From the NCBI RefSeq assembly GCF_001945605.1, contig NZ_MPKA01000044.1:30001-62000 (forward strand): DNA of 32,000 bases. Direction: 5' to 3'. This stretch comes from Dubosiella newyorkensis (GTDB lineage: Bacteria; Bacillota_I; Bacilli_A; Erysipelotrichales; Erysipelotrichaceae). The position numbers were made by a program, and so were the translations under genes. Positions 15,464 through 24,958 of this stretch are shown here, one piece after another. Position 1 is the stretch's first letter, and every line of letters starts with the position of its first letter. The notes under the pieces are model-generated. The model was not told the origin of the DNA. It was given only the letters and a program-made list of their open reading frames with translations, and searched no databases.

Positions 15464-18400
15464 ATGGAACCGCAAATTTTTAAACGACTCGCCCAAAATC
15501 CAGTGACCAAAGCGATCTTGGCCCGCCAAAACAATATTGGCAATCTATATTTGATGGAAGAAGCACTCGTTTTAGTCAGCGCCTTTTTAACCGATAAAAA
15601 AACGCGCATTATCGTAAAGAAAAATCGATACGAGGCGCAGCAGCTTTATAATCGCCTGCTTCAAATGGAAGAAAACGTGCTTTTATTTACGATGGAAGAA
15701 AGCTTGCGTGTCCAGGCGATCGCCTCCTCTCCAGAGGATATGGAAGAACAGCTCAATGCCCTCGTCCAAATCACACTCGATCCTAAGCCACGCTTGATCG
15801 TCTGCAATACAGCGAGCTTTCTACGTTTCTTGCCCGACCATACTTTCTTTCAAGAAAATACATTTACCTTAGAAGTCGGCCAAGAATTCAATATGAAAGA
15901 ACTTAAGAAGAAATTGAATCGGATCGGGTATGGCAAAGTCAATTATGTCGATCGTCCATGTACTTTCGCATCACGGGGAGGAATCGTCGATGTCTTTATC
16001 TTAGGCCAAGACCATCCGGCCCGCATTGAATTTTTTGATACCGAAATTGATTCGATCCGTCTGATCGATGAGCATACCCAACGAACGATAAGAACAATCG
16101 AGAAGGTCACGATCACGCCTGCGACAGATCTTCTTTTCAAAGATGAGCAGATTGCGGAGATCCAGACGATCGTGAAAGAAAAACTTGAACATGAAAAAAA
16201 GAGTTTGAACGAAGAAGAATTTGATTTGCTCCAAGATCATATTGAAGAAGATCTTCTCGCTTTAGAAACCTACGATACTTCGCCTAAGCTCTATCGCTAT
16301 TTTTCCTATATCCATTCAGATCAGCTTCTTGATTATATTGACGCCGAAGTCATTCTTTCTTCTCAAGAAGAAGTGGAGCGAGCGGCTAAAAAGCTCAACG
16401 AAGACAATATCGCCTTTATTCAAGAGCTCGTGCAAGATCGCAAAAGCATCGCCCGCTACATCATGTTTCATGATCTGTATCGTTTAGAAGCGAAGCATTC
16501 CTTTTTGATGTTTCATGAATTCCAAGATCTCGAAGATCCTATTTTTTCAAATATCCGGCCACTCGATCCGATCAGTCAAGGATTGCCTTTGTTTTTCGGT
16601 ACGATCCATCAAAACACTTTGTTCGCCTTAGATGAAGAAGATGCCAAAAAAGTCAAAGCGCTTAGCGAGTATCCTCTTCGGATCATACCGAATGATTTTT
16701 ACGAAGGATTTTCCTATGAAGGGGAAGAAATTTATACAAATCGGGAATTGTTCCGTCAGCAAGTCAAGCATAAACGGTATCAAAAGACATTTAAAGAAGG
16801 TCAAGTGCTGGAAAACGTATTGGAACTGGAAAAACTCGATTATGTTGTCCATGAACAATATGGGATCGGACAATATCTAGGAATCGTGACTCGCGAAAAA
16901 GATGGCAGAGCGCAAGATTATCTTCATATTGTCTATCGGGGCGGCGAGTTGTTCGTGCCTCTCGCTCAGTTCCAATTTATCCGCAAATATATCTCCAAAG
17001 AAGGAGCGGGTGTCAAACTCTCGCAGCTTGGAAGCAACCAGTGGCAAAAAACGAAAGAGCGAGTGAACGCGAAAATCGAAGAAATCGCCTCGCGCCTTGT
17101 TGAATTGTACGCGCATCGAAATGAAGAAATCGGTTTTGCCTACTCGAAAGATGACGCGCTGCAAGAAGAATTCGATCAAGCCTTTGAATATGAAGCGACC
17201 GAAGATCAATTGAAAGCGACGGAAGAGATCAAAGCCGAAATGGAAAAAGCCAAGCCGATGGATCATCTATTATGCGGAGATGTTGGCTTTGGTAAAACAG
17301 AAGTCGCTATGCGATGCGCTTTTAAAGCGATCACAAACAATAAGCAAGTCGCTTTCCTTTGTCCGACAACGATCTTATCGATGCAGCACTATCAAACCTT
17401 GAAAAAGCGTTTCGAATATACGGGTGCCAATATCGCGCTTGTGAATCGTTTCGTGAGCGCGAAAGAAATCAAGCAAATCAAAGAAGGCTTAAAAAATGGA
17501 ACGATCGATATCGTGATCGGGACCCATAAGCTTCTTAATAAAAGTTTCGAATATAAGGACCTTGGCTTTTTGATCATTGACGAGGAACAGCGTTTCGGTG
17601 TCGAACATAAAGAAAAAATCAAAGAATTGAAAGAATCGATCGATGTTCTTTCTTTATCAGCTACTCCCATTCCGCGCACTCTGCAAATGTCATTGATCGG
17701 TGTCAGGACGATCTCCCAGCTCACCACCCCTCCGGCTCATCGGCATCCTATACAAACTTATGTGATCGAAAAAAGAGGAAGCGCGATTGAAGAGATCATT
17801 CAGCGCGAGCTTTCACGCGATGGACAAGTGTTCTATCTCAACAATCGAGTCTCCAATATTTATGGCGTGGCAAAAAAGATCCAAAAACAATTTCCAGACG
17901 TGCAAGTGGGCATCGCTCACGGAAAAATGAGCAAAGAAGAAATCGAACAGACGATGTACGATTTTGCCGAAGGAAAATACAAGATCCTTGTGTGCACGAC
18001 GATCATTGAAACAGGACTCGATATCGCCAACGCCAATACGATGATCATCGATCAAGCTGACCGATTCGGCTTGTCTCAGCTCTATCAGATCCGAGGACGC
18101 GTTGGACGAAGAGATAAGATTGGCTATTGCTATTTGATGGTCGATGGCCAAAAAGAAATCACGGAACAAGCGCATAAGCGTTTGCAGTCGATAAAAGAAT
18201 TCACCCAGCTCGGCTCTGGGTATAAGATCGCGATGCGCGATTTAACGATCCGCGGAGCGGGCGATATGTTAGGACCTCAGCAAGCGGGATTTATCGATCA
18301 AGTGGGACTGGATATGTATTTAGAGCTCCTTTCGAATGCGATTGCCAAAAAACAAGGCAAAGAAATCGAAGAAACGAAAGAAGTCAAACAAGCGAACATT

Positions 18401-18847
18401 CAATTGGGCGGATATATCCCGCAGCAGTTTACAGAGAACGATGGCGATAAGCTCGATCTTTATCAAGAAATCAAAGCGATCCGTTCCTTGCAGCAATTGT
18501 ATGAATACCAGCATCGGATCGAAGATCTATTCGGCAAAATCCCAAAAGAAGTTAGTCAGCTCTTTAAAAAGAAGAAGCTTGACTTGTTCGTGAACGAAGA
18601 CTATGTTGATTCTTTAAAGGAAACGAATATGAATGTTCAGATCCAAATGGCGCCTGCTTATTCGAAAAAAGTCGATGGCGCCGCGCTCTTTCACGATATG
18701 AGCGCTTTGTCTAAAACCATTCGATTAAAGATGAATAAAGGAAAATTAGAAATCCTTCTAGATAAGAAAGGACGTTACATCGATTTGTTGATGAAAGTCA
18801 TCGATCGATTGATGCATGAAAAGGAGATAGAAGATGCGATTGGATAA
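15464..18847 (+). CDS. mfd: Transcription-repair coupling factor
   Basis: The 1127-aa protein has a UvrB-homology N-terminus and a CarD/RID region (VVHEQYGIGQYLGI). Its superfamily 2 helicase motifs are GDVGFGKTEVA, DEEQRFG and QLYQIRGRVGR. A TRCF C-terminal domain follows. Confidence 0.95.
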   Translation: MEPQIFKRLAQNPVTKAILARQNNIGNLYLMEEALVLVSAFLTDKKTRIIVKKNRYEAQQLYNRLLQMEENVLLFTMEESLRVQAIASSPEDMEEQLNALVQITLDPKPRLIVCNTASFLRFLPDHTFFQENTFTLEVGQEFNMKELKKKLNRIGYGKVNYVDRPCTFASRGGIVDVFILGQDHPARIEFFDTEIDSIRLIDEHTQRTIRTIEKVTITPATDLLFKDEQIAEIQTIVKEKLEHEKKSLNEEEFDLLQDHIEEDLLALETYDTSPKLYRYFSYIHSDQLLDYIDAEVILSSQEEVERAAKKLNEDNIAFIQELVQDRKSIARYIMFHDLYRLEAKHSFLMFHEFQDLEDPIFSNIRPLDPISQGLPLFFGTIHQNTLFALDEEDAKKVKALSEYPLRIIPNDFYEGFSYEGEEIYTNRELFRQQVKHKRYQKTFKEGQVLENVLELEKLDYVVHEQYGIGQYLGIVTREKDGRAQDYLHIVYRGGELFVPLAQFQFIRKYISKEGAGVKLSQLGSNQWQKTKERVNAKIEEIASRLVELYAHRNEEIGFAYSKDDALQEEFDQAFEYEATEDQLKATEEIKAEMEKAKPMDHLLCGDVGFGKTEVAMRCAFKAITNNKQVAFLCPTTILSMQHYQTLKKRFEYTGANIALVNRFVSAKEIKQIKEGLKNGTIDIVIGTHKLLNKSFEYKDLGFLIIDEEQRFGVEHKEKIKELKESIDVLSLSATPIPRTLQMSLIGVRTISQLTTPPAHRHPIQTYVIEKRGSAIEEIIQRELSRDGQVFYLNNRVSNIYGVAKKIQKQFPDVQVGIAHGKMSKEEIEQTMYDFAEGKYKILVCTTIIETGLDIANANTMIIDQADRFGLSQLYQIRGRVGRRDKIGYCYLMVDGQKEITEQAHKRLQSIKEFTQLGSGYKIAMRDLTIRGAGDMLGPQQAGFIDQVGLDMYLELLSNAIAKKQGKEIEETKEVKQANIQLGGYIPQQFTENDGDKLDLYQEIKAIRSLQQLYEYQHRIEDLFGKIPKEVSQLFKKKKLDLFVNEDYVDSLKETNMNVQIQMAPAYSKKVDGAALFHDMSALSKTIRLKMNKGKLEILLDKKGRYIDLLMKVIDRLMHEKEIEDAIG

Positions 18848-19100
18848 ATATTTAAAAACAGCGCGGATCTTGAAACGAAGAGAGGCGGCCAAAGAATTGG
18901 CGCTTCAGCAGCGAGTGGAAGTCAACGGAAGAATCGTCAAGCCTTCCTATGAAGTCGAAGTGGGAGATCGAATCGTGCTTCGCTTTGGAACGCGGATCTT
19001 AGAGATCCGTGTCCTTGATATTCAAAAACAAGTATCAAAAGCCAATGCTTCTTTGTTATTTGAAGTCATCAGCGAGAAAAAGATTGAAAACAAAGAATAA
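18834..19100 (+). CDS. rqcP: S4-domain RNA-binding protein, YabO/RqcP (Hsp15-like) family
   Basis: The 88-aa protein starts MRLDKYLKTARILKRREAAKELALQQRVEVNG, closely paralleling B. subtilis YabO (MRLDKFLKVSRLIKRR...). It overlaps the mfd stop by 14 nt. Confidence 0.75.
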   Translation: MRLDKYLKTARILKRREAAKELALQQRVEVNGRIVKPSYEVEVGDRIVLRFGTRILEIRVLDIQKQVSKANASLLFEVISEKKIENKE

Positions 19101-19143
19101 GAATCATTCTTATTTTGTGTATTTTAGTGAAAGGAACGAGAAT

Positions 19144-20361
19144 ATGAAAATCACAGATCGACTCGAAGAAATCAAAGTGATGCGTGATCCGATCCATAGC
19201 TATATTCATATTGAATACGCCCTGTTGTGGAAGATCATCGATACCCCAGAAATGCAGCGGTTGCGCCGCATCCATCAGCTGGGAGGAAATTTTCAAGTAT
19301 ATCATACAGCCGAGCATTCTCGTTTTTCACACTCCCTAGGCGTTTACGAGATCGTAAGAAGGATGCTTTCTGAAATACCAAGCCTTGTTCAAGAAGTCAG
19401 CGAACAGGAAAAGATCGTGTTGATGGCGGCAAGCTTGGTCCATGATATTGGCCATGGTCCTTTCTCCCATTTGTTTGAGAGGATCACTCATAAACATCAC
19501 GAAACGATGGGAAAAGAGATCTTGCTCGATCCCTCTACCGGGATCCACAAGCTTCTTGTTCAATATGATCAAGATCTGCCCGATCAGATCGTTTCTATTT
19601 TAGAAAGGCGTCATCCTAAAAAGATCTTATCTCAAGTATTGTGTTCTCAGCTCGATGCGGATCGGATGGATTACTTGCTTCGTGATTCGTACGCGACAGG
19701 AACGAGTTATGGAAAATTTGATCTTGAGCGGATCTTACGAACTCTACGTGTCGAAGATGGATTGCTTTGCGTCAAAGAAAGCGGCGTGCATTCGATCGAA
19801 GATTACATCATGGCTCGCTATGAAATGTATTGGCAAGTGTATTTACATCCCGATGCGAAAAGCTATGATATTTTAATCTTAAAATTGTTCGAACGCTACG
19901 AAGCAATCCGTTCAAAAAGAAGGATCGAAGCGCTCGAGGCATTTTATCGACCGATCGATCCGCGCACTTTTTTTAAGCTCGACGACTATCGTTTTTATAC
20001 GATCGTGCACGATCTTCAAGAAGATCGAGATCCTTATTTGAGCGATCTAGCCAATCGGATCATGAATCGGCGTTTATTCGATTGGGTGCGAGAGCCAAAA
20101 CAAGAAATGATCAATTCGATCCAAGAAAAACTGACGCGAAGAAAGATCCCGCTATCTATCTATACGCATGAAGAAAGACTTTTAGAAGATATGTATCTTC
20201 CTTATACAGAAAGAAAAAAGGAAGAGGAGATCCATGTACTCGACGTTTGCGGCAAGATCTGGCCACTTTCCGCGAAATCAGAAATCGTCAAGGCGCTTCT
20301 AGGAATGGAGACGAAGACGTGCAAGTACTTTTATTGGCAAAAAATTTCTGAAGAATCCTAG
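19144..20361 (+). CDS. HD-domain phosphohydrolase, dNTP triphosphohydrolase-like (YwfO/EF1143 family)
   Basis: The 405-aa protein, counted from ATG 19144, starts MKITDRLEEIKVMRDPIHSYIHI. It has the motifs HSRFSHSLGV, LVHDIGHGPFSH and QLDADRMDYLLRDSYATG. The ORF-track start at 19009 overlaps rqcP and is unlikely. Confidence 0.8.
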   Translation: MKITDRLEEIKVMRDPIHSYIHIEYALLWKIIDTPEMQRLRRIHQLGGNFQVYHTAEHSRFSHSLGVYEIVRRMLSEIPSLVQEVSEQEKIVLMAASLVHDIGHGPFSHLFERITHKHHETMGKEILLDPSTGIHKLLVQYDQDLPDQIVSILERRHPKKILSQVLCSQLDADRMDYLLRDSYATGTSYGKFDLERILRTLRVEDGLLCVKESGVHSIEDYIMARYEMYWQVYLHPDAKSYDILILKLFERYEAIRSKRRIEALEAFYRPIDPRTFFKLDDYRFYTIVHDLQEDRDPYLSDLANRIMNRRLFDWVREPKQEMINSIQEKLTRRKIPLSIYTHEERLLEDMYLPYTERKKEEEIHVLDVCGKIWPLSAKSEIVKALLGMETKTCKYFYWQKISEES

Positions 20362-20379
20362 GAAAATCGGTTCTTCTTA

Positions 20380-20407
20380 TTGAAAAAAATGTCAATCATG
20401 TTAATAT
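20380..20407 (+). promoter_or_regulatory. Candidate promoter directly abutting the DUF1934 gene start
   Basis: TTGAAA (20380..20385) is followed by a 16-nt spacer and TAATAT (20402..20407). The ATG at 20417 is only 9 nt after the -10 and has no SD. Confidence 0.45.
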
Positions 20408-20416
20408 ACATTCGCT

Positions 20417-20806
20417 ATGACACACGTGATTGTTTTAAAGAATCTTAAGAATGATGAGATCGTGTTTCAGGGGAATGGCGAAATGATCATAGAGGAAAAT
20501 GGAAATTGGAAGATTTCTTTTCAAGATCGATCCAGGACGTTTCATTATGCATTTGAAGAGCCGCGCTATGTGATGGATCATAAAACCGACATGGCTGTCC
20601 ACTTGGAATTTGATGAAAACGAAGAAAAAAATGGATGGATCGAAACAGTCTATGGAAGGATCGACGTCCAAGTGAAAACGCGATTTCTCCAAGTCATGAA
20701 GGATGCGATCGAATTCGCCTACACATTATCGATCCATGGCGAAGAAGAGACGTTTCACTTTCGATTGGAATACACAAAAAGGAGCGATGAAGTATGCAAA
20801 CAATAG
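20417..20806 (+). CDS. DUF1934 (YwiB-like) beta-barrel protein
   Basis: The 129-aa protein has alternating beta-strand character (ISFQD, VHLEFDE, IDVQVKT, FHFRLEY). It sits immediately upstream of argS and overlaps it, as ywiB-argS does in Bacillus. The family assignment is from memory of the family and its synteny. Confidence 0.65.
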   Translation: MTHVIVLKNLKNDEIVFQGNGEMIIEENGNWKISFQDRSRTFHYAFEEPRYVMDHKTDMAVHLEFDENEEKNGWIETVYGRIDVQVKTRFLQVMKDAIEFAYTLSIHGEEETFHFRLEYTKRSDEVCKQ

Positions 20807-22434
20807 ATGTTCAACTCAAAGAGGCGCTGCAGAAGGCGATCAAAAAAGCGTTTGATCTAGAACTCGACGTAAAAGAGATCCAGATCGAGATCCCTAAAAA
20901 TAAAGAGCATGGCGATTTTTCAAGCAACGCGGCAATGCAGTTGACAAAGATCTTGCGGAAAAATCCGCGCTTGATCGCCCAAGAAATCGTTCAAAATGTC
21001 GATCAAGAAACCTATGGCATTGAAAAAATCGAGATCGCGGGACCTGGTTTTTTAAATCTTTGTTTGGAAAAAAATTCATTCGCCCAAGTCGTGCACGATA
21101 TTTTAAAACGAGGCGAACAATATGGAAATCAGCCTAAGCAAGATGTTCGTATCAATTTAGAATATGTCAGCGCCAACCCGACAGGTTCGCTTCATTTAGG
21201 ACACGCTCGCGGGGCAGCCTGGGGAGATGCTTGCGCAAGGATCATGAAAAAAGCGGGCTATGATGTCACTCGGGAATACTATGTCAACGATGCCGGCAAC
21301 CAGATCGCGAATCTTGCCCAATCCTTATACGCGCGCTATAATCAAGCGCTCGGGATCCCTAAAGAGATCGGGGCCGATGGATATTTAGGCAGCGATATCG
21401 AAGAAAAAGGAAAAGAGCTCGCACGCAAGTATGGGGATCGCTATTTGGATGCAAGTGAAGAAAACTTGGCGTTCTTTAGAAAAGTCGGCGTGGATTTCGA
21501 ACTCGATAAAATCAAGAAAGATCTCGATGAATATCGTGTCCATTTCGATGTCTGGAGCAGCGAACAAAAGCTTAGAGACGATGGAGCGGTCGAGCAGGCG
21601 ATCTTAAAGCTTGTCGAACAAGGCTACACGTATGAAAAAGAAGGGGCTCTTTGGTTCCGTTCGACCGATTTTGGTGACGATAAAGACCGTGTTCTTCGAA
21701 AGAGCGATGGCTCATTGACTTATCTTGTACCCGATATCGCCTATCACAACAATAAATACGAACGGGGCTTTGATGAACTCGTCGATTTCTTTGGCGCCGA
21801 TCATCATGGCTATATTCCGCGCTTAAAAGCGAGCATGTCCGCTTTAGGCAACGATCCAGAAAAGCTCCATGTCGATATCATTCAAATGGTGCGCCTAGTC
21901 AGCAACGGGGAAGAAATGAAAATGTCGAAGCGTTTAGGCAACGCCACGACGATCACAGAATTGTGTCAACGTGTCGGGGTGGACGCGGCTCGTTACTTTT
22001 TCGTACAGCGCGCATTGGATTCCCATCTAGATTTTGATGTAGAGCTCGCTACGAAAAAATCCAATGAAAACCCGGTTTACTACGCACAATATGCCCATGC
22101 GAGAATGTGTTCGATCTTAAAGCAGGCGCCGGATTGGCAAGAGCCTGAAGTCTATGATCAGCTTGTTCATGAAAAAGAGATCGACTTGATGAAGACTTTG
22201 GAAGAATACAACAAGGTGATCCGTGATGTGGCGAAGAGCCGGCAAGTCCATAAAATGACGCATTATATTCAATCGCTTGCATCTAAGTTCCATAGTTTCT
22301 ATAATGCATGCAAGGTGATCGATCCAAACAACAAAGAATTGAGCGCTCAAAGATTAGCGCTTGTCAAAGCGACGAAAATCGTTTTGGCAAACGCTCTCGA
22401 TCTGATCGGTGTAGAAGCCGTAGAATCGATGTAA
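20794..22434 (+). CDS. argS: Arginyl-tRNA synthetase
   Basis: The 546-aa class I synthetase has the HIGH-type motif SANPTGSLHLGHARG and the KMSKS-type motif MKMSKRLGN. The C-terminus is a DALR anticodon-binding domain. Confidence 0.97.
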   Translation: MQTIDVQLKEALQKAIKKAFDLELDVKEIQIEIPKNKEHGDFSSNAAMQLTKILRKNPRLIAQEIVQNVDQETYGIEKIEIAGPGFLNLCLEKNSFAQVVHDILKRGEQYGNQPKQDVRINLEYVSANPTGSLHLGHARGAAWGDACARIMKKAGYDVTREYYVNDAGNQIANLAQSLYARYNQALGIPKEIGADGYLGSDIEEKGKELARKYGDRYLDASEENLAFFRKVGVDFELDKIKKDLDEYRVHFDVWSSEQKLRDDGAVEQAILKLVEQGYTYEKEGALWFRSTDFGDDKDRVLRKSDGSLTYLVPDIAYHNNKYERGFDELVDFFGADHHGYIPRLKASMSALGNDPEKLHVDIIQMVRLVSNGEEMKMSKRLGNATTITELCQRVGVDAARYFFVQRALDSHLDFDVELATKKSNENPVYYAQYAHARMCSILKQAPDWQEPEVYDQLVHEKEIDLMKTLEEYNKVIRDVAKSRQVHKMTHYIQSLASKFHSFYNACKVIDPNNKELSAQRLALVKATKIVLANALDLIGVEAVESM

Positions 22435-22459
22435 TTTTGATTAAAGGAGAAATGACGTT

Positions 22460-22777
22460 ATGAGTAAATCAATGATTGAAACAGCTTATCAAGTTTTGTC
22501 AGAACAGAAAGGGGCTATTCCATTTGTTGATTTGTGGAAGCAAGTCAGCGAACGAATGGGTTTCACCCCAAGTCAAGCGGAGGATAATATCGCTCAGCTG
22601 TATACAGACCTTTCTATGGATGGGCGTTTTTTGAATATGACGGGGAATCAATGGGATTTACGTTCACGCCATACATATTCTGAAAGTGTAACGGATACAT
22701 CGACGATCGCGATCGATGATGATCAAGACGACGAGATGGATGAAGAAGCTTCGAGTGCAAATTTAGACGAAGAATAA
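22460..22777 (+). CDS. rpoE: RNA polymerase delta subunit (short form)
   Basis: The 105-aa protein contains IPFVDLWKQVSERMGF...IAQLYTDLSMDGRFLNMTGNQWDLRS, matching the B. subtilis RpoE core IAQFYTDLNIDGRFL...WGLRSW. The C-terminal tail is acidic (DDDQDDEMDEE...LDEE). Confidence 0.85.
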   Translation: MSKSMIETAYQVLSEQKGAIPFVDLWKQVSERMGFTPSQAEDNIAQLYTDLSMDGRFLNMTGNQWDLRSRHTYSESVTDTSTIAIDDDQDDEMDEEASSANLDEE

Positions 22778-22781
22778 GAAG

Positions 22782-22806
22782 AAATCTGCGCACCGCAGAT
22801 TTTTTT
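22782..22806 (+). terminator. Rho-independent terminator after rpoE
   Basis: AAATCTGCG (22782..22790) pairs with CGCAGATTT (22794..22802) across a 3-nt loop, and the T run extends to 22806. Confidence 0.85.
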
Positions 22807-22849
22807 GTGTTTAAAAACAGGTATAATAGAACAGAATAAGGAGTTGTGT

Positions 22850-23680
22850 ATGCTCAAAAGTATTTGGTATGTCCTAAAGGAGAATTTTTCCAATCTCTAT
22901 CGCATCTACAGCATCTCAAAATATGAGCTGCTCTCGGAAATGCGAGATTCTAAATTTGGGATCGTTTGGAATTTTTTATCTCCTGCAATACAAGTATTTA
23001 CATATTGGCTGATCTTTGGTGTCGCCTGGAACCGGAAACCGATGAAAGTCAATGGGATCGAAGTGCCCTATTTGATCTGGCTGATCGTGGGGTATGCCGC
23101 GTGGTGGTTCATCCAACCAAGTATCACGCAAGGCTGTTCGGCGATCTACTCGAAGATCAACGTCATTACGAAGATGAAATTTCCCGTTTCGATCTTACCG
23201 GCGACAGTCGTCTGCAAAGAGTTCTTCAATCATATTTGCATGCTTTTGATCGCTTTCACCGCGCTTTTGATCTTTGGTTATTATCCAAACTGGTATTGGC
23301 TGAATTTGATTTATTATGCGTTTTGCGCATTCGTGCTCGTTGAATCGATCGGGTTGATTCTTTCAGTGTTGACGATGCTTTGGCGAGACATCAAAAAGCT
23401 TGTCACATCCTTGACGCGGATGCTGTTTTATTTTTCGCCAGTAATCTGGAATTGCCGGTTCGCGAGCAGCGTTCCTTTCCATACGATCTTGAATAAAATG
23501 ATGAAGCTCAATCCGATCTATTATGTGATCGAAGGCTATCGGGAGTCGATCCTTTATCAAAAACCGTTTTGGGCCCATCCAGCTCTTGGCTTGTACTTTT
23601 GGCTCTTTTGTCTTGTCGCGTTTAGTCTAGGATGCTTCTTGATGTTTAAATTCAAGAAAAAATTGATCGATCTGATCTAG
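22850..23680 (+). CDS. tagG: Teichoic acid ABC exporter permease (ABC-2 type)
   Basis: The 276-aa protein, counted from ATG 22850, has an AAGGAG SD and six predicted TM segments. The N-terminus YELLSEMRDSKFGIVWNFLSP is typical of TagG/ABC-2 permeases. A TATAAT lies at 22822..22827 upstream. The gene is paired with the tagH ATPase. Confidence 0.85.
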   Translation: MLKSIWYVLKENFSNLYRIYSISKYELLSEMRDSKFGIVWNFLSPAIQVFTYWLIFGVAWNRKPMKVNGIEVPYLIWLIVGYAAWWFIQPSITQGCSAIYSKINVITKMKFPVSILPATVVCKEFFNHICMLLIAFTALLIFGYYPNWYWLNLIYYAFCAFVLVESIGLILSVLTMLWRDIKKLVTSLTRMLFYFSPVIWNCRFASSVPFHTILNKMMKLNPIYYVIEGYRESILYQKPFWAHPALGLYFWLFCLVAFSLGCFLMFKFKKKLIDLI

Positions 23681-23690
23681 GAGAGTGCGT

Positions 23691-24527
23691 ATGAGCAAAG
23701 AAAAGCAAACCTCAAAACAATACGCGGTAGAAGCGGATCATATTTCAAAGATCTACGCATTGCGAAACAAAAACAATCAGCATAAAAAGGCCAATAAACG
23801 TTTCTATGCTTTGAAGGATGTCTCCTTTAAAGTCGAAAAAGGCGATGTGGTCGGGATCTTGGGAACGAACGGATCAGGAAAGTCGACTCTTTCTTTGTTG
23901 TTGTCTGGAATATCCGATATCGATTCAGGCGAGATCAAGATCCATGGCGAACAAGCTTTGATCGCCATCAATACAGGACTCAATATGCAGCTGACCGGTC
24001 TAGAAAACATCAAAGTCAAAGGGGCTTTGATGGGTCTGAAGAAAAAACAGATCGAAGCGATCACAGAAGATGTGATCAATTTCTCGGAGCTTGGCGATTT
24101 CTTATATCAGCCTGTCAAAAAGTATTCTAGCGGAATGAAATCCCGTCTTGGTTTTTCGATCTCGTTAGCGCTCGATCCCGATATATTCATTGTCGATGAA
24201 GCGTTGTCGGTCGGCGATAAAGGCTTCGCGAAAAAGTGCATGGATAGAATGATGCAGTTGAGGAACGATCAAGGAAAGACGATCTTTTTTATCTCTCATT
24301 CTTTAGATCAAGTGCGAAATTTCTGCACGAAAGGCATGTGGATCGAAGGTGGCGAACTGAAAGCGTATGGAGATGTCGAGACCGTCGCTTCCGAATATTC
24401 TGAATACGTGGATTCTTTGAACGCCCTCAAGGGAAAAGAAAAACAAAAAGTCTTGGACGAAAAATTCGAAAAACGACTTCTTCCAAGCCCGCCAAAGAAG
24501 ACATTATGGCAAAAAATCAAGGGATGA
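23691..24527 (+). CDS. tagH: Teichoic acid ABC exporter ATP-binding protein
   Basis: The 278-aa protein has Walker A GTNGSGKST, the ABC signature YSSGMKSRLGFS and Walker B IFIVDEALS. It lies immediately downstream of tagG. Confidence 0.9.
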   Translation: MSKEKQTSKQYAVEADHISKIYALRNKNNQHKKANKRFYALKDVSFKVEKGDVVGILGTNGSGKSTLSLLLSGISDIDSGEIKIHGEQALIAINTGLNMQLTGLENIKVKGALMGLKKKQIEAITEDVINFSELGDFLYQPVKKYSSGMKSRLGFSISLALDPDIFIVDEALSVGDKGFAKKCMDRMMQLRNDQGKTIFFISHSLDQVRNFCTKGMWIEGGELKAYGDVETVASEYSEYVDSLNALKGKEKQKVLDEKFEKRLLPSPPKKTLWQKIKG

Positions 24528-24540
24528 GATCCCTTTTTTC
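24519..24540 (+). terminator. Short hairpin plus T run spanning the tagH stop (weak terminator or attenuator)
   Basis: AAGGGAT (24519..24525) pairs with ATCCCTT (24529..24535) across a 3-nt loop that contains part of the TGA stop, followed by TTTT. The stem is only 7 bp, and there is no room for a new promoter before tagD. Confidence 0.35.
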
Positions 24541-24559
24541 TTAAAGGTCGGTGAAAGAT

Positions 24560-24958
24560 ATGAAAAAAGTAATCACATATGGAACATTTGATTTGTTCCA
24601 TATCGGCCATTTGAATATATTGAAGCGCGCCAAGGAGCTCGGCGATTATTTGATCGTGGGCGTCAGTTCTGATGAATTCAATAAAATCAAAGGCAAACAT
24701 TGTCAAATTAGCGATAAGAACCGCATGGAGATCGTGAAAGCGATCCGTTATGTGGACGAAGTGATCCCGGAGACGAGCTGGGATCAAAAAGTGAAAGATA
24801 TTCAAGAACACGATGTGGATGTTTTTGTGATGGGCGACGATTGGAAAGGAAAGTTCGACGATTTGAAAAGGTATTGTGAAGTCGTCTACCTACCTAGGAC
24901 TGAAGGAATCTCAACGACACAGATCAAGGATACATTGAAAGAGGCGGACCATGAGTGA
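24560..24958 (+). CDS. tagD: Glycerol-3-phosphate cytidylyltransferase
   Basis: The 132-aa protein starts MKKVITYGTFDLFHIGHLNILKRAKELGDYLIVGVSSDEFN, nearly colinear with B. subtilis TagD. It has the HxGH motif and RTEGISTT. Confidence 0.92.
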   Translation: MKKVITYGTFDLFHIGHLNILKRAKELGDYLIVGVSSDEFNKIKGKHCQISDKNRMEIVKAIRYVDEVIPETSWDQKVKDIQEHDVDVFVMGDDWKGKFDDLKRYCEVVYLPRTEGISTTQIKDTLKEADHE

